DNA of 64,000 nt from Octopus vulgaris (lineage: Eukaryota): positions 52,142,001 through 52,206,000 of the forward strand of contig OX597829.1 of assembly GCA_951406725.2 (NCBI GenBank), in the 5' to 3' direction. Below are positions 1-14,812 of the stretch, piece by piece. The notes below the pieces were generated by a model, which had not been told where the DNA came from, made no database searches, and was given only the letters and a program-made list of their open reading frames with translations. Every line of letters starts with the position of its first letter. The first letter of the stretch is position 1. The position numbers were made by a program, and so were the translations under genes.

Positions 1-2029
1 ACAAATAGCAGCTAAATTTCCCTCAGCTAACACCGCTATTATCTTGAAAAATAAAACAAAAGAATATTCTAGATAATGTGACCTGGTCAAACAAAAAACA
101 AAAAAAAAAAAACAGGACACCTTTGATTGATTAGTTATGCATGATCAAGAGTAGACGTGACATCATCATCATCATCATCAACAACATGAACAATAGCACA
201 TAACAACACACAATAGCAACAACAATGGGTTCAGGTTCAGTTCCACTGCAAGGTACCTTAGATAAATGTCTTCAACCATAGCCCTAGGCCAACCAATAGC
301 TTAGGAGGGGATTTAATTGACAGAAACTGAAGGCCTGTTGTATATACACAAGGGAGTGCTAAAAAATTCCTGGTTCTGGGCGAAAGGGAATAAACGTGGA
401 TCAGTTAATTATGATTTTATTCAAGATCCTGGCACAGCTATCTTGTATGCCAGTTCTGGTCAAGCAGTCAAATCCATATCGGCATGGACATTGGACATTA
501 AATAATGATGGTGATATACCCCTCTCAGATTCACACACTTATTGCAGTGGTCCTTCTGTCTTTCTAAACCCTGTAAAAGAACTCAGAAGGTTGCGCCTCC
601 AACCAGGCCTTTCACAATACCCTTAAAGCCAGGATCTTTTCAGCACTCCTTGTATATCCATGTGTGTGTGTTTGTTTGTTTGTGTCTCCTTCACTTGATA
701 TCACATGATGACTGGTACTCTGTCGTTTACGATGATGTGTGTTCTAATTGGTCCAATCAATGGAACAGCCTGCTTGTGAAATTAACATACAAGTGGCTGA
801 GCTCTCCACAGACACATGAATGTTTAACATAGTGCTCACAGAGACTCAGCATGACAAGGCTTGCCCTTTGAAATACAGGTACAACTCATTTTCGCCAGCT
901 GAGTGGACTGGGGCAACATGAAATAAAGTGTCTTGCTCAAGGATACAACACACTGCCAGGACTTGAACTCATGTTCTTGTGACCGTGAGTTGAGTACCCT
1001 AACTACTTAGCCACATGCTTTCCCTATCACATGATAGTTGCATTGCCTTCACAATGTGGTGTTGTTTCCAGCCTTCCATAGGAACATGTCTTGCCATGGG
1101 AAAATATTACCTTGTTTGGAAACAGATGAATGTAGGTGACAGAAAGGAGATCAGACTATAGAAAATAGCCTCAACAAATTCTGTTCAACCCATGCAAGCA
1201 TGGAAAAGTAGATGTTAAAATACCATTATCATCATTGCCATCAGCTATGTCAACAATGATGGTTGCTGTCCTTAAATGGGTAATATTTTTCAGAACACAA
1301 CATATTGCTAACCTATAGTTCTTAGATGTAAACACTGCTGTGAAACAGTGTAACCAGTGTTGTCAAATAAGCAATGTAATGCAAGAGTACCATTCATTAT
1401 TTTTTTTTCAGCCAAAATAATCAGGAAAACTGTACAAAAGAATTGCATAAAAATTAACTTACAATCTCACTTGGAAGGGTAGCTGATATTAGTTCTCAGA
1501 GAGCAATTGCAGAAAATGTAGTTTGGATTTTATATTTTTCATCATTTTGTTTAAAAAAGGCTTCCCAGTGAAAAAGAAATATTAGCATCATCATTCTTTT
1601 AACATCTGTCTTTCATGCTGACATTGACAGGACAATTCAAGAAAGTCTGACTGACCAGAAGACTGCATTGTGCTCCAATGTCTACTTTGGCAAGGTTTCT
1701 ATAGCTGGATGCTCTTCCTAATACCAAGTACTTTACAGAGTGGACTGAATGCTTTTTTTCATGACACCAACACTAGTGAAATCCCTATGTAGCTCACAAG
1801 ACAAAGATCCCTTTTGACTGAGTGCAAATACAGTAGAAAGGGAGAGAGCTTTATGTGAGGTGACATGAGATTAAAGCATGAACGAAGGAACCAGGACAGG
1901 TTTCTTGCCAAAGAGGAGATATATAGCTATGAAAAGAGTTGAGACAAATAAATTTGTCTAAAGAAGAAACAATTGAATTGGTACGTGGTGGGAATCATGA
2001 TGAAAATGTTAGTCATTAATATAATTGAA

Positions 2030-2357
2030 TAGGGGCACTCTGTTGGTTACGACGATGAGGGTCCCAGCTGATACAATCAACAGAACAGCTTGCTTGTGAA
2101 ATTAAGGTGCAAGTGGCTGAGCAATCCACAGACACGTGTACCCCTAATGTAGCTCTCAGGCAGATTCAGCATGACACAGAGTGTGACAAGGACGATCCTT
2201 TGAAATACAGGTATTACTCATTTTTGCCAGCTGAGTGGACTGGAGCAACGTGAAATAAAGTGTCTTGCTCAAGGATACAACGCATCACTAGGAATTGAAC
2301 TAATGACCTTACAATCGTGAGCCGAATGCCCTAACCACTAAGCCATGCACCTTCACA
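2030..2357 (-). mobile_element. Second tRNA-derived SINE family
   Basis: Head TGGCTTAGTGGTTAGGG...AGTTCAATTCC, core CCTTGAGCAAGACACTTTATTTCAC. Similar copies at ~715-1025 and ~33700-33855. Confidence 0.8.
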
Positions 2358-2657
2358 ATATAGTTGAATAAAATCATTGAAAATATACATTTTCACCTAT
2401 GTGTCCTGACTTTATGGTCAACCTGTATTTTGTCCAGTGTTCTAATCATACCCTCAGTCTTCCACTTACATTTACAATTATGGTCATAATTGTTGAGTAA
2501 ACACATCAACCCAAACATCCTACAAAGTAAACACTGTCCTGTAGTAGTTCTGGCTGTTTTACTTTTATTCCTTCTACTTTGTTGATCTACTTATATTTGT
2601 CACAGTAATCATGAATCAATATTGAACCATTATTTTAATTAAATAACTGATGCAGTT

Positions 2658-3125
2658 TAACCCTTTGGCATTAAGATTACTCCTATCAAATGTAATGCTT
2701 ATTCATTCACATTGTTTTGGAATTAATCCTGCATTATCTCATAGCTTCAAGATTTCATTGATGTGATTGGTTATTTTAAGAGTGACATTATAGGCAAAGT
2801 ATGAGAGACCAAATGTAGTGAGTTTCAACATAAAGCAGGCAGAATATTTGGGCCAGATATGGCAGGTTTAAATACATTTTCCTGATGGTCATTGACAGTT
2901 AAATCTGGATGAGTTGCTTTAACCCTGATTCAGATTATTTTTTTCAAATCTAATGTTTATTTATTTACAATGTTCTGAATTAATCATGCATTGTCTCATG
3001 GCTTTGAAATTTCATTGATGTGATTATTTAGTTTTAGAATGACATTGTTCAGTAGCTGAAAGAAGCCAGATCTGACTTGTTGAAACATAAAACAGGTGGA
3101 ATATTTGCACCAGATATGTTCAATT
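2658..3125 (+). mobile_element. Two diverged copies of a second TTAACCC-ended MITE family
   Basis: 2658-2870 and 2919-3125 are mutually similar. Fragments also near 40705 and 43820. Confidence 0.55.
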
Positions 3126-5421
3126 AAAATAATAAACAGTTCTTGTTATATGTCATCGTCATCATCATCACCATCATCTTCTAATGTCTGTTTTCCATGC
3201 TGGCATGGAGCAAAAAAGGTCCTTTTTATACAGATTTTTGAAATATGTTTTTAAGAAGACATTTTTTATTACAACATGTATACATGTATGACGTACGTCC
3301 ACGTGCAATGACCGTTGCAGCAGCACTAGAGAGAAACACACACTCCCATTCTGTTTATAGTCAATGGGGAACCTCAAGATATTAGTCAATTGTATTGAAA
3401 CTTGGTATGCAACTTCTTAAGGATTCTACATTTACTGTTTTACATTCAGCTATCTAGAAACATGTATTCATTACGACTTATAATCCAAAATTCAACCCAA
3501 AACAGCGATTTTTAAAATTTTCAATTGCGTTGCAGAGCCTGAAAGAGATATTTAACCACAAAGTTCTTTATACACCTTTCTTTTAACCCTAATTCGCAAC
3601 AAAATATTGATTCTTGGTTACCAATTTAGAAAGTTGCATTTTTTTATCCACTCTATTGGACAGTTTCACATGGAGCTGGCTAATCAGGGAGCTTTCCAGA
3701 TGTCAATTGTCTGTTGTGGCATGGTTTGTACAGCTGATACCCTTCCTAATGTCAATCACTTTACAGGGTGTGCTGGGTGCTTTTTACATGCCACTGGCAT
3801 GGGTGCTTTTATGCAGCACCAGCATGAGTGTGTTTATGCAGCACTGGCATGGGTGGATTTTGTGGCACCAACATCTGCAAAGAACAAGAAGAAGGCAGTG
3901 ATTTTTGCTTAGCTTGACATGCCTTTTCAAGTACAGTAAATTGACACAGCTTCCAGTCCCCTTGTCATTTCCTCATTAAAGCAAGTATAATAAATATGGT
4001 AAATGGAATTAGAACTGCACCCTTTATTTTTGCATCCAAAACTTATTACATGTTAGAACCTAGCCCTTTGCCTAACAAAAGCATTTTCATATGTTTACTT
4101 TAAACATCTATGCTTGTGGAGTACAGATTGTTTGCCAACATAACATGGCGGTCCTGGTTTAGGATGAATGTTATTGTAATTTAGCCCCAGGAGACATCGT
4201 TTCCAGCTGGCTATACAACATGATCAGTGTCCTTATATATTTTCAAACATGGGAATCTAACACCCCCACTCAGCTCAAAACAATATCTGTATATCCAAAG
4301 TACTGTTGCTGAATATCTCTCATTGTGAGATTTACAAATAGTAATTTTCTAACTTATGCTTGTTTTCAGATGTTTAGTGAGCCCTTGTTTCGTATGTTCT
4401 GAGTAACATAAAGCTTTCCTTTCTTTAAGTCCCAAGTCCCACTGGTGGTTCAAAATAATTGAATATATATCATATCTGACATGCTCTAATTGTAGAGGGA
4501 ACATGTTGAAGGGGTAGGCCCAGGAATATGTCGGATGATGTGGTGAGAAAGGATCTGCAGATGTTGAGACTCACAGAGGGGATGACAGGGGACTGGGACC
4601 CAGGCAGTTAGCTGTGCTTGAAAAGATATGTCAAGTTAAATAAAAGCATGATTGCCCTGGCATACAGGCTTGTCCCCTGCAAACCTCTCAAGCTGAGCAT
4701 CCCTAACATTACATGCTGGTGCCACGTAAAAAGTACCCATGCTAGTTATTATCTACCGATGAAACATGATGTTGCAGCTAGGACACTGTATAATGAGATC
4801 CTTCAGAATAAAACTGAATAATGGCATACATACATACAAGATGGCAGCAAATTCATGTTTGAGTATTGTCATCGCCTAATTGAAAGTCCCCCACACGTGA
4901 AGGCTACAACCAGCCATTTTTGTGATAGGTCTTACTTTTTTTCAAGCAATGCCTGTGCATGATGGTTTATATAGAGGGGAAGCAATTTGCACAGATCCAA
5001 TTCCACTCTCTGAATATGGACAACATAAACTCAGAAGGAAGAACTAGTCTACATCATCGAATATTGTCAGTGTCGCAGGTTTTCTTGCAGAGTTTCCCTC
5101 TTCCAGAGAGATGTTGTGACAACAACAGAGGAGCCCCCCCCCCCCACACTCCCAGTGGGTCAACCACACACCTGGACACCAAGTATTTCCACATTCCCCT
5201 GCATACATACATGCATACATAGACATGTACACATATTGTATGATGGCCGTTGACTACTCATGAGCTCTTCTGCCCTTTGTCAGGTCTTATTTGTCGTTGT
5301 GCAGGATGTCCAACAATCACCCTCCTCACCAAGCAACCTTGATGGGTTTGCCAGTTTACCTGACCATGCAACAGGTTGTACTGGGTTATGTGTTACCAGT
5401 AGCACCTGAAAGTGACCTGAA

Positions 5422-5796
5422 ATACATACATACATACATGCATGCATACATACATACATACACACATATACACAGAGATACATACATACATACATACATA
5501 CATACATACATACATACATACATACATACATACATACATACACACACACATACATACGTACATACATACACACGCACATACATACATACATACATACATA
5601 CATACATGCATACATACACACACACACACTTGCACACATACATACATACATACATACATACATACATACATACATACATACACACAAACACACACACATT
5701 CACATACATACATACATACATACATACATACATACATGCATACATACATACATACATACATACATACATACATACATACATACATACATACATACA

Positions 5797-5830
<34 letters not shown>

Positions 5831-5936
5831 CATACATACATACATACATACATACATACATACATACATACATACATACATACATACATACATACATACA
5901 TACATACATACATACATACATACATACATACATACA

Positions 5937-5970
<34 letters not shown>

Positions 5971-6048
5971 CATACATGCATACATACATACATACATACA
6001 TATATACATACATGCATACATACATACATACATACATATATACATATA
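5422..6048. repeat. (TACA)n microsatellite
   Basis: Direct inspection. Similar large simple tracts at 6625-6820, 7140-7455, 34400-35115, 36650-37155 and 60410-61165. Confidence 0.98.
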
Positions 6049-6663
6049 CTGGAAATTAAGACAAACACCAGTGTAAATATTTAAACATTTGGATAAGTAA
6101 ATAGTTGTTTGAAAGTCATCCTTGGATGTTCTGAGTGCGTTTGGATGCTAAACTGCAATGAATTCTTCGGAGAAACGTTATTGCATTCTGTTACATAGAT
6201 CCAATACCTGAAGTCAGACACATGGCAAGGTAATTTATAAGTATTTAGAGAGGGAAGCAGAAAGAAGACAAGCAGGTGGTAGAAAGAAAGGAGAAAAAAA
6301 AAAAAGAAGAGGATAATGATTGAACTTAGAGGAAAAAGGATGAGAAGTGAAGGTATATTAGTAAATAAATATATAAATAAATAAATAAAGACAATAGGTA
6401 AATGAATGAATTCATAAATAAATACGTAAACATATACACATACACACATATGCATGGTGGGAAGACACATATACACATATATATACATATACATGTATGT
6501 ATATACTTACACACATACACATGGTCACACACACACACGCGCACGTGTATATATAGGTATATATATATCATCATCATCATCATCATTTAGCGTCCGCTTT
6601 CCATGCTAGCATGGGTTGGACAAACCCATATATATATGTATATATATGTATGTATATATGTAT

Positions 6664-6749
<86 letters not shown>

Positions 6750-6767
6750 GTGTGTGTATGTATGCAC

Positions 6768-6823
<56 letters not shown>

Positions 6824-7192
6824 ATTTTTATGTGTACTTCCATGTGAACATATGTCTATGTGTATATTTCTTGCCTTCTGTTACAGAGAACAAATATCTG
6901 AAGTTAAACACATGGTGAGGTAATTTAGAAGTATTTAGAGAAGGAAGTCGAAAGAATGCAGCAAATGGTGAAGAGACAGGAAGAAAAGAAGAAGAACTAG
7001 AAAAAGAAAAAGAAAAAGAAAAAGAAAGAAGGGGAAAAGACAGAACAGCAAAGTAATAAACATGATGAAAAAGTATAAAAGTATACTGGCAAATATATTA
7101 ATAAATATAAAACAAAAAATAAATACATGAATAAATATATACACATACATATACACCTTCATACATATATACATATGCATACATGCATACAT

Positions 7193-7260
<68 letters not shown>

Positions 7261-7337
7261 ATACGTATACATACATATACATACATACACACATATATAT
7301 ACATATATATATAAATATATATATACATACATACATG

Positions 7338-7460
<123 letters not shown>

Positions 7461-7529
7461 TATAAGGTTAACTGGGAAGCTAGTTGTTTTTGTGTGTGGC
7501 AGATTCACCGGGGCAATAAACACTGATGA

Positions 7530-8120
7530 TGTACAGAAAACAGATTCCGTTACATGCCGGGGAGAAAAACTAGAAGTAGTTGATAGCTCCGTTACCTAGG
7601 TGACCAAGTCAGTAGTTGGGAAGGATGCTCTGAGAGAGTAGCTGCTAGAATAAGAATAATCTGGGCAAATTTCAGAGAGTTTAAATTTCAGACAGCTCCT
7701 ACCTCTGCTGGTGATAAAGGGCCTCTCGCTCAGAGTGAAAGGTTGACGTATGGTGCATGTGTGTGAACAGCCATGCTACATGGCTGAGGACATGCATAGG
7801 GTTGAAAGAAATGAAGCTAGTATGCTCCACTGGATGTGTAATGTTGAGAGAAAAGTTGAACATAAGAAGCATCAGATGTGGTGTGCAAGAGAGACGGCTG
7901 TGCTGTTATGGTCATGTGTTGCATATGGATGAGGACAGCTGTGTGAAGAAGTGACACACCGTAACAGTGGAGGGAACATGTGGAAGAGGTTGACCCAAGA
8001 AGACATGGGATTAGGTGGTGAAGCACAACCTGTGAACGTTGGGCCTCACAGAGGCAATGACAGGTGACCGAAACCTTTGAAGATATACTGTTCTTCAGAA
8101 GATCCAAGCAAGCCAAGTGA
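7530..8120 (+). mobile_element. RTE-clade LINE 3' fragment
   Basis: LEVVDS..YLGD, ERNEASMLHWMC, RRLCCYGHVLHMDED, GRG*PKKTW. Confidence 0.8.
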
Positions 8121-8466
8121 AATTGTAGCTGTGGCCAATGCTGGTGTAACATTACTGGCCCATTTAAAAGTACCCTTCAATCATCAGGCAATATGCTGTG
8201 CTTGAGAAAACCTGTTGAGCCAAGTGAAATCATTGCTGTGACTGATGTCAGTTCCGCTTGACTAGCACCCATGCTGGTGGTAATTGAAAAGTGCCATTCA
8301 AGCATGGCTGATGCCAGTATCACCTGACTGGTACTGTGCTGGTCGCATGTAAAAAGCACCCGCTACACTTTCAGAGTGGTTGGTGTTAGGAAGGCCATCC
8401 AGTTGTAGAAACCTTGGCAGATCAGTATGGAAAGCAGACATTAAATGATGATGATGATGATGATGA

Positions 8467-8581
<115 letters not shown>

Positions 8582-8622
8582 TCATATTTAGATGTGTATA
8601 TATATATATAGATATTATATTT

Positions 8623-8802
8623 GAAAACGTCTCTAAATGTGTTAACATATTGGATGTGACATTGAATTTGGATAATGGCTTACTCTACCCCTATCATAAG
8701 CCTAATAAAACTATTAAGTATATCCATGCCTTATCAAATTATCCCCATAGTGTCATTAAGGGAATAATTAAAGGCATGTTGATAAGAATATCTAACTTAT
8801 CA
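8623..8802 (+). mobile_element. Naiad-type PLE RT thumb fragment
   Basis: VNILDVTLNLDNG...PYHKPN...YIHALSNYP...RISNLS. Confidence 0.75.
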
Positions 8803-8968
8803 TAGCATAGGAGTGGCTTTGTGGTAAGTAGCTTGCTTCCCAACCACAAGGTTCTGGGTTCAGTCCCACTGCGTGGTACCTTGGGCAAGTGTCTTCTACT
8901 ATAGCCTTGGGCCGACCAAAGCCTTGTGAGAGGATTTGGTAGACGGAAACTGAAAGAAGCCCATCATA

Positions 8969-9017
<49 letters not shown>

Positions 9018-9081
9018 TAGCTTAAGGTGACCCGCTCTACGCTTGGTTAAGAGTGTGGTTGTTACTGTCTGTTGCTTCCTT

Positions 9082-9660
9082 TGTATAAAGTCTTACAGCC
9101 GTTTCAAAAAGATATAGATTGCTATATATATAAATTGAAAATGAACAACAAAGAATTCAGTATGAATTGGTCTACTATAAGGGAAGCCACACCATATAAT
9201 ACACACACAAAGAATTGCAATTTATGCACAAAGGAGGCAATCCACATAATCTTAGCCAACAAAAATAGTTTGCTCAATAAAATATCCAACATTATAATTA
9301 CCTGTAGACACAAATATCTTTCAATGTATAAATTTTTCAAAAGTAATTAAACTACGGGATTCTAATTTAGCCTTACTTCATATTATGGACTCTTCTAAAA
9401 CTTTATGTTTTATATATAGCGCGTAGTATACCTTATCGTATCGTAATACATTTTAACTTCATCTGCCCGAAGAGAATGGTCCGATCAAACATTCGATTTT
9501 TAAAATTATTTAACCCACCATTTCTTTTAAAATTTTAACCTTGTGATTCTATTAACTCTGATGAGAGAAACAGAATATTGCTATGGTTGCAGTTAGTTCA
9601 CCCATAACAACTTATATCTTTTTGAAACGGCTGTAAGACTTTATACATAGACTTTATACA
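9082..9660 (+). mobile_element. Naiad-type PLE 3' end (EN C-terminus and UTR) with 35-bp inverted ends
   Basis: NWSTI...PYN...CNLCTKE...LLNK...TCRH. 9082-9116 is the exact reverse complement of 9613-9647. Hammerhead-like CTGATGA...GAAACGGCTGTA at 9558-9635. Confidence 0.78.
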
Positions 9661-9981
9661 TGTTCCAGACTCCTTATGAATCAGTTTCCATCCGCTTCAT
9701 CATCCTTTTCATTTGGATTTCGCTAGTACATTTATATATATTTTTTATATATTTACATTTATGAATTTTTTATGCATTTGTAAATTTTTATTTGTGTATG
9801 AATTGTTATATATATATATATAAATTTTCGTGTATATGTATGTATTTATAAATTCTTAGGAATGTTTATATATCATTTAGATGAATGCATCAATGTATGC
9901 ACTTTGTATACCATGGAGAATTTTATCAATACAGATTGAATGAATATATACATCGGCCTTTGAATTTGTTTTCTCCTCTCC

Positions 9982-10060
<79 letters not shown>

Positions 10061-10689
10061 AATAAGAAAATGGAGGGGATCAATAGGTGTTTCATTAACT
10101 TTTAGACATTATATATTATGTCTATTTATTTATTTACTAAAATGACAATTACAAGAATATACATGCAGGTATAACATATGCTTTACATATAAAATATATA
10201 AAGATACCAGTAATTATTAAAATATATAACATACAGGAATAGAAATTGGGACAATATCTTACAACTGTTTCAGCCAAGGTGCAAAACTACCTCATTCTAC
10301 CTTTATCCCTCTAACATTCAGGAATATAATTGCAATGCAATAAAAAACACTTGTGTATCAATAATTGGGTATTCTACCAGCAGTATATTGGATAGATATT
10401 ATCCCTTAGTTGGTTGGATTCACAACCTCTAACTTTCTTGGAATATATATATATAAAATCCGAAGTTTGTCTGTCTGTTCTGCCCTTTGGTTTAGATGAT
10501 AAAAATTACAAATAAAATAGTCATTTCCACCTTTAAGAAAATAAAATCAAGTTTAAAATGTCAATTTGCAGTGGAACAATTCAAACAGTCATTGCAGCTG
10601 CTATTGTCTGTCCTTTCCTCTTCCCTTAATCATTCATACAACCTTCAGAGTGCTGCAAACTGTATATTGGACCATCTGGAGCAGTTGCA

Positions 10690-11065
10690 TCCATTTTAGG
10701 ATTTTCAATTCATGAAAGAACACCTGTGATAGTGAGACTGCAAGTTCACCTACAAGATGAACAAAGAATATTGCTGAGAAATAACAAGGATATGACTGTC
10801 AATGAGCAACATATGAGAGCAACATTGACAGAATTCTTTTCATTGTGCATCAATTATGATTTTGCAACAACTTGACTTTATGCTGAAGTAGCCATGTATT
10901 TCACTTGGAATAGAAGTAACAAAGAATGGCAAAGAAGAAAGTGAAGAAAAAATGCTGAAGGCCATTTGAATGCTTTCAAAGAAGAAGCACTTGGTCATAT
11001 TTACGTTGTCACACCAAAGACAGGAGAACTATTCTGTAAGAATTTTATTGCATGAAGTTTGAAAT
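10690..11065 (+). mobile_element. Helitron RepHel coding remnant
   Basis: TLTEFFSLC..FA..LYAEVAMYFTWN..KEWQRRK...ALGHIYVVTP. Confidence 0.7.
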
Positions 11066-11169
11066 AGTAATTTTTCCTTTGCTGCCATGCATCGACATTT
11101 TCAGCTTAGGGTGGTTGTGACCCAATGAGTCACAGATACATCTAGTATATATATATATAAACTTAGATA

Positions 11170-11625
11170 TGTTTTGACTAAAGATTGGTCCAGGCCATGT
11201 CTAACTTAATAGCACTGCCTAATAGGATTATCTAAATCCTTTTAAAGTCAAGTTTTGTGGTATCATGGTCCATTGAAGTAGTGAGTTCTTGTTGAATGAG
11301 TTGTATCCAGGTATGGGTGGCTTATCTGGTATTCCTTGAAGAAATTTGTCCAGACTGCGTTTAAAGGTAATGGGATCCTTTTCCTCTCTGATCAGTTTTG
11401 GGATAATGTTAAACAGAGCAGGGACTGCTGAGGAAAAGAAATTGTGTCACAGTGTACCTACGTATATGTTGTGATCCTGAGCTGGGCAGGGGACGTATGG
11501 CCTGTGGTCCCAGCCTTGGATGAACCTTGAAGCTAATGTTCAGGTCGTTTGGGCAATGCTGGTGGTATATTCTCCACGTCGTACAAATGATATACCACTC
11601 GCAGTGGTGCCGGAGAGAGTAGAGT
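11170..11625 (-). mobile_element. CR1-like LINE 3' fragment
   Basis: KLYSLRHHCEWYIIC...HPRLG...PALFNIIPKLIR...FKRSLDKFLQGIPDKP. Confidence 0.65.
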
Positions 11626-11646
11626 TTATATATATATATACACACA

Positions 11647-12894
11647 CAGACATGCAGGAAGTAAATAGACACCTTTAATTTTCAAAATTTCTGATCTAAG
11701 CATCTTAATATGTTTTCATGTAATTATCCTTTTACATTCCAGGTGCCATTATATTAAACGTTTGTGAAGAGTAATCATGCCACACACAAAAAATTCAGCA
11801 GAACGGTCAGATTTTCAAATCGTATTGTTAGGAAATCTGAGGCTGGTCTTAGCCAGTGAAAAATTGCCGAAAATCTTCAAATTCCTCTTGCTAATGTTAA
11901 TAGAATTACAGTGCAAATCAAAAGCCAAGGAAAAGAATCAACAGATTCTTGTCCCAGCCGACCTGGGCCCTTGGAAAGGAAGCTTTGCTGTTTGAAGAGA
12001 ATTGTGGAAAACGAACCACATTCAAAGGCTTCTGACATTGCAAAACAGCTAGAAGTTAGTCCAAGAATGTGTGTTACATATCTGCATAAGCTTGGGTATT
12101 ATGGACAAGCAGCTCCAGGGAAAGCCTCTCCTTCAACCAATTAATATCATAAAAGGAAAGAAATGGGCTGAGGAGATGTCAGAAAAATCCAGTTCATTTT
12201 GCGATAGAGTGATTTTCTCAGATGAATCCAGATTTGCATTATTTTCAGACAGTGAATGTGTCTGGGTCTGACTTCCCAATCAAGAATTTGATTTGAAGCG
12301 ATTCCAACCAACTGTGAAACATGGCGGTATCTCTGTAATGGTATGGGGAGCTGTCACCAGCAATGTTTTTCTGAGCTGATCGAATGTGTTGGAACCATAA
12401 TCTCTAAAAAATACATCGAAATACTGAAGCAAGGACTACTTCCGATGTACTCACATGATAACATAATGAAAAATGAGTTTTTATTCATGAAAGATGGGGT
12501 TCCATGCCACACAGTGAAAAGGAATCAACAATGGTTGACTGAAAATGGGATCAAAAAGCTTCCTTGGCCAAGCCAATCTCCTGACATGAACCCAATTGAA
12601 GGTCTTTGGAGCACACTAGATAGAGCTATACAAAAAACTTGACAGAAACCTAAATCTAAAGATGAATTGCTTTGATTGTTGCGTGAAAAGTGGGCAGAAA
12701 TTCTACAAGAGACAATCACAAAGCTCATCAGTTCAATACCCAAAAGAGTTTCTGAATTAAAAACTGCAAAGGGAATATCAACTAAATACTAAATTATGTA
12801 GTCTTACCTATCGATTACATTTCAATTGTTCGCTTTGTGTATTAAATAAAAGATTTTGAAAATTAAAGGTGTCTATTTACTTCCTGCACATCTG
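11647..12894 (+). mobile_element. Tc1-family DNA transposon (DD34E), full length, frameshifted
   Basis: 42-bp TIRs (CAGA..TGCAGGAAGTAAATAGACACCTTTAATTTTCAAAAT). Transposase motifs FSDESRF, FMKDGVPCH and WPSQSPDMNPIE, with 34 residues between D and E. Confidence 0.93.
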
Positions 12895-13015
12895 TGTGTG
12901 TATATATATATGTATATATATATATATATATAAAAAAGTTGAGTTGTGGGGTATCGCACGAGTGGGATTATATAAGAAAAAAGGTTTGAAAATGCAATTT
13001 AAACGATGTTTATTT

Positions 13016-13056
13016 ACTTAACCGGTTTCACTCTTTGGTAAAAGATTGTCAAAAGT
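13016..13056 (-). ncRNA. Minimal hammerhead motif, mirror copy in the 3' pLTR (sense to the PLE ORF)
   Basis: Exact reverse complement of 19190-19230. Confidence 0.62.
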
Positions 13057-13067
13057 TACATTTAAGG

Positions 13068-13297
13068 AAACATTGAATAATATGGGTTCAAAAAAAGTTT
13101 TTTACATAATTGTCACATTGAATATTATGCATTCAAAAAGTTTTTTACATAATTGTCACATTGGATATTATGGGTTCAAAAAAGTTTTTTACATAATTGT
13201 CACATTGAATATTATGCATTCAAAAAAGTTTTTTACATAATTGTCACATTGGATATTATGAATTCAAAAATGTTTTTCTATACATAATTGTCACATT
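13068..13297. repeat. ~41-42-bp minisatellite (~5.5 units) inside the pLTR; mirrored at ~18948-19178
   Basis: Unit TACATAATTGTCACATTG(A/G)ATATTATG(CA/GG)TTCAAAAAAGTTTTT with alternating variants. Confidence 0.9.
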
Positions 13298-14690
13298 ATT
13301 TGGGAAAATTTGGCAGAAAAGGATAAAACAAATATATTATTGGGAATTGGTTGCGTTAATTATTGGTTGTCGCAAATTGTCACATTACATGTATATATAT
13401 ACAATCTTTGGTATATATATACAGCGTTTTGACAGCAAAAATTAAAATGGATTTTTTGTCCATCTCAGAATATTTTAAGTATGTTTTTACTGACCTGTTA
13501 GTATTAGCAGAAAGGCTGAACTGAGAGAACAGAAGTAGCCAATGTGGTGTATACTTCCCCTTTATGCATGAATGATTTTGGGGTTATCAGGAGGTTAGTA
13601 TGCGGGTGTGAATAGATGTGTCCGTGCCTGCTGGTCAGACAGCGTCTGTTTGTCACACACATATATATACACACAAACACACACACACACAACAACACAC
13701 ACACACACACACATAGTATACAAACACAAACCACATACAGACAACACACACACACACAGAACACACACACCCACACACAACGCACCCACATATATCACAT
13801 ATATACACAGCACACAAATATAACATGTATCTATATATAATATACACAGATATATAACACACATACACACACACACACACAACACACGCACACATACATA
13901 CATAATATAAATATCACACAAATACACGTAGCATATATATATACACACATACAATACACACATACAGCATGTAAGTAATATACATACACAATATATGCAT
14001 GCAATATACATACGCAATACATACATACAATATATATATATATAGACAATGCATATACATATATACACATATACATATAAATAGTGTTTACATACACATA
14101 CATAGATGTACCACATATACACACAACACACATACATACAATGCATACACATACACGTACGCATACATATAATATATATATACACACACACACACATAAC
14201 ATACATACACACACAATGCATACATATATATACACGCAATGCATATACATGTATTCATGCACATATAGCACACCTACAATATACATATATACAGTGCACA
14301 CATACACACAAATATATACACTTAATTGTACACGTACATATACAATACACATACATACAATATACATATATACAATGCGCATGCAAATAATGTACATGTT
14401 TATACACACATAAACATGCAAATAAATATACACACACACACATACACACACACACATATATATACACATATATATATATATATATACACACATACATACA
14501 TACATACATGCACATACATATATTTTTTCACACACATACACACACACATATATATATAAAAAATTCACCACCCCCCACACACACAAATTACAAACCTATA
14601 GCGTACACACTCAAATATATCTCTACATGCCGCACATACACACAAACAAAGTACTAACATATACACACATACCATGCATATACACACACA

Positions 14691-14738
<48 letters not shown>

Positions 14739-14777
14739 AAAAGATACATATGTAAATACATACACACGTATACAATG

Positions 14778-14812
<35 letters not shown>

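Noticed and set aside
13068-13297. Regular 41-42-bp repeats as a CRISPR array
   Set aside because: No unique spacers, eukaryotic context and no cas genes; it is a minisatellite.
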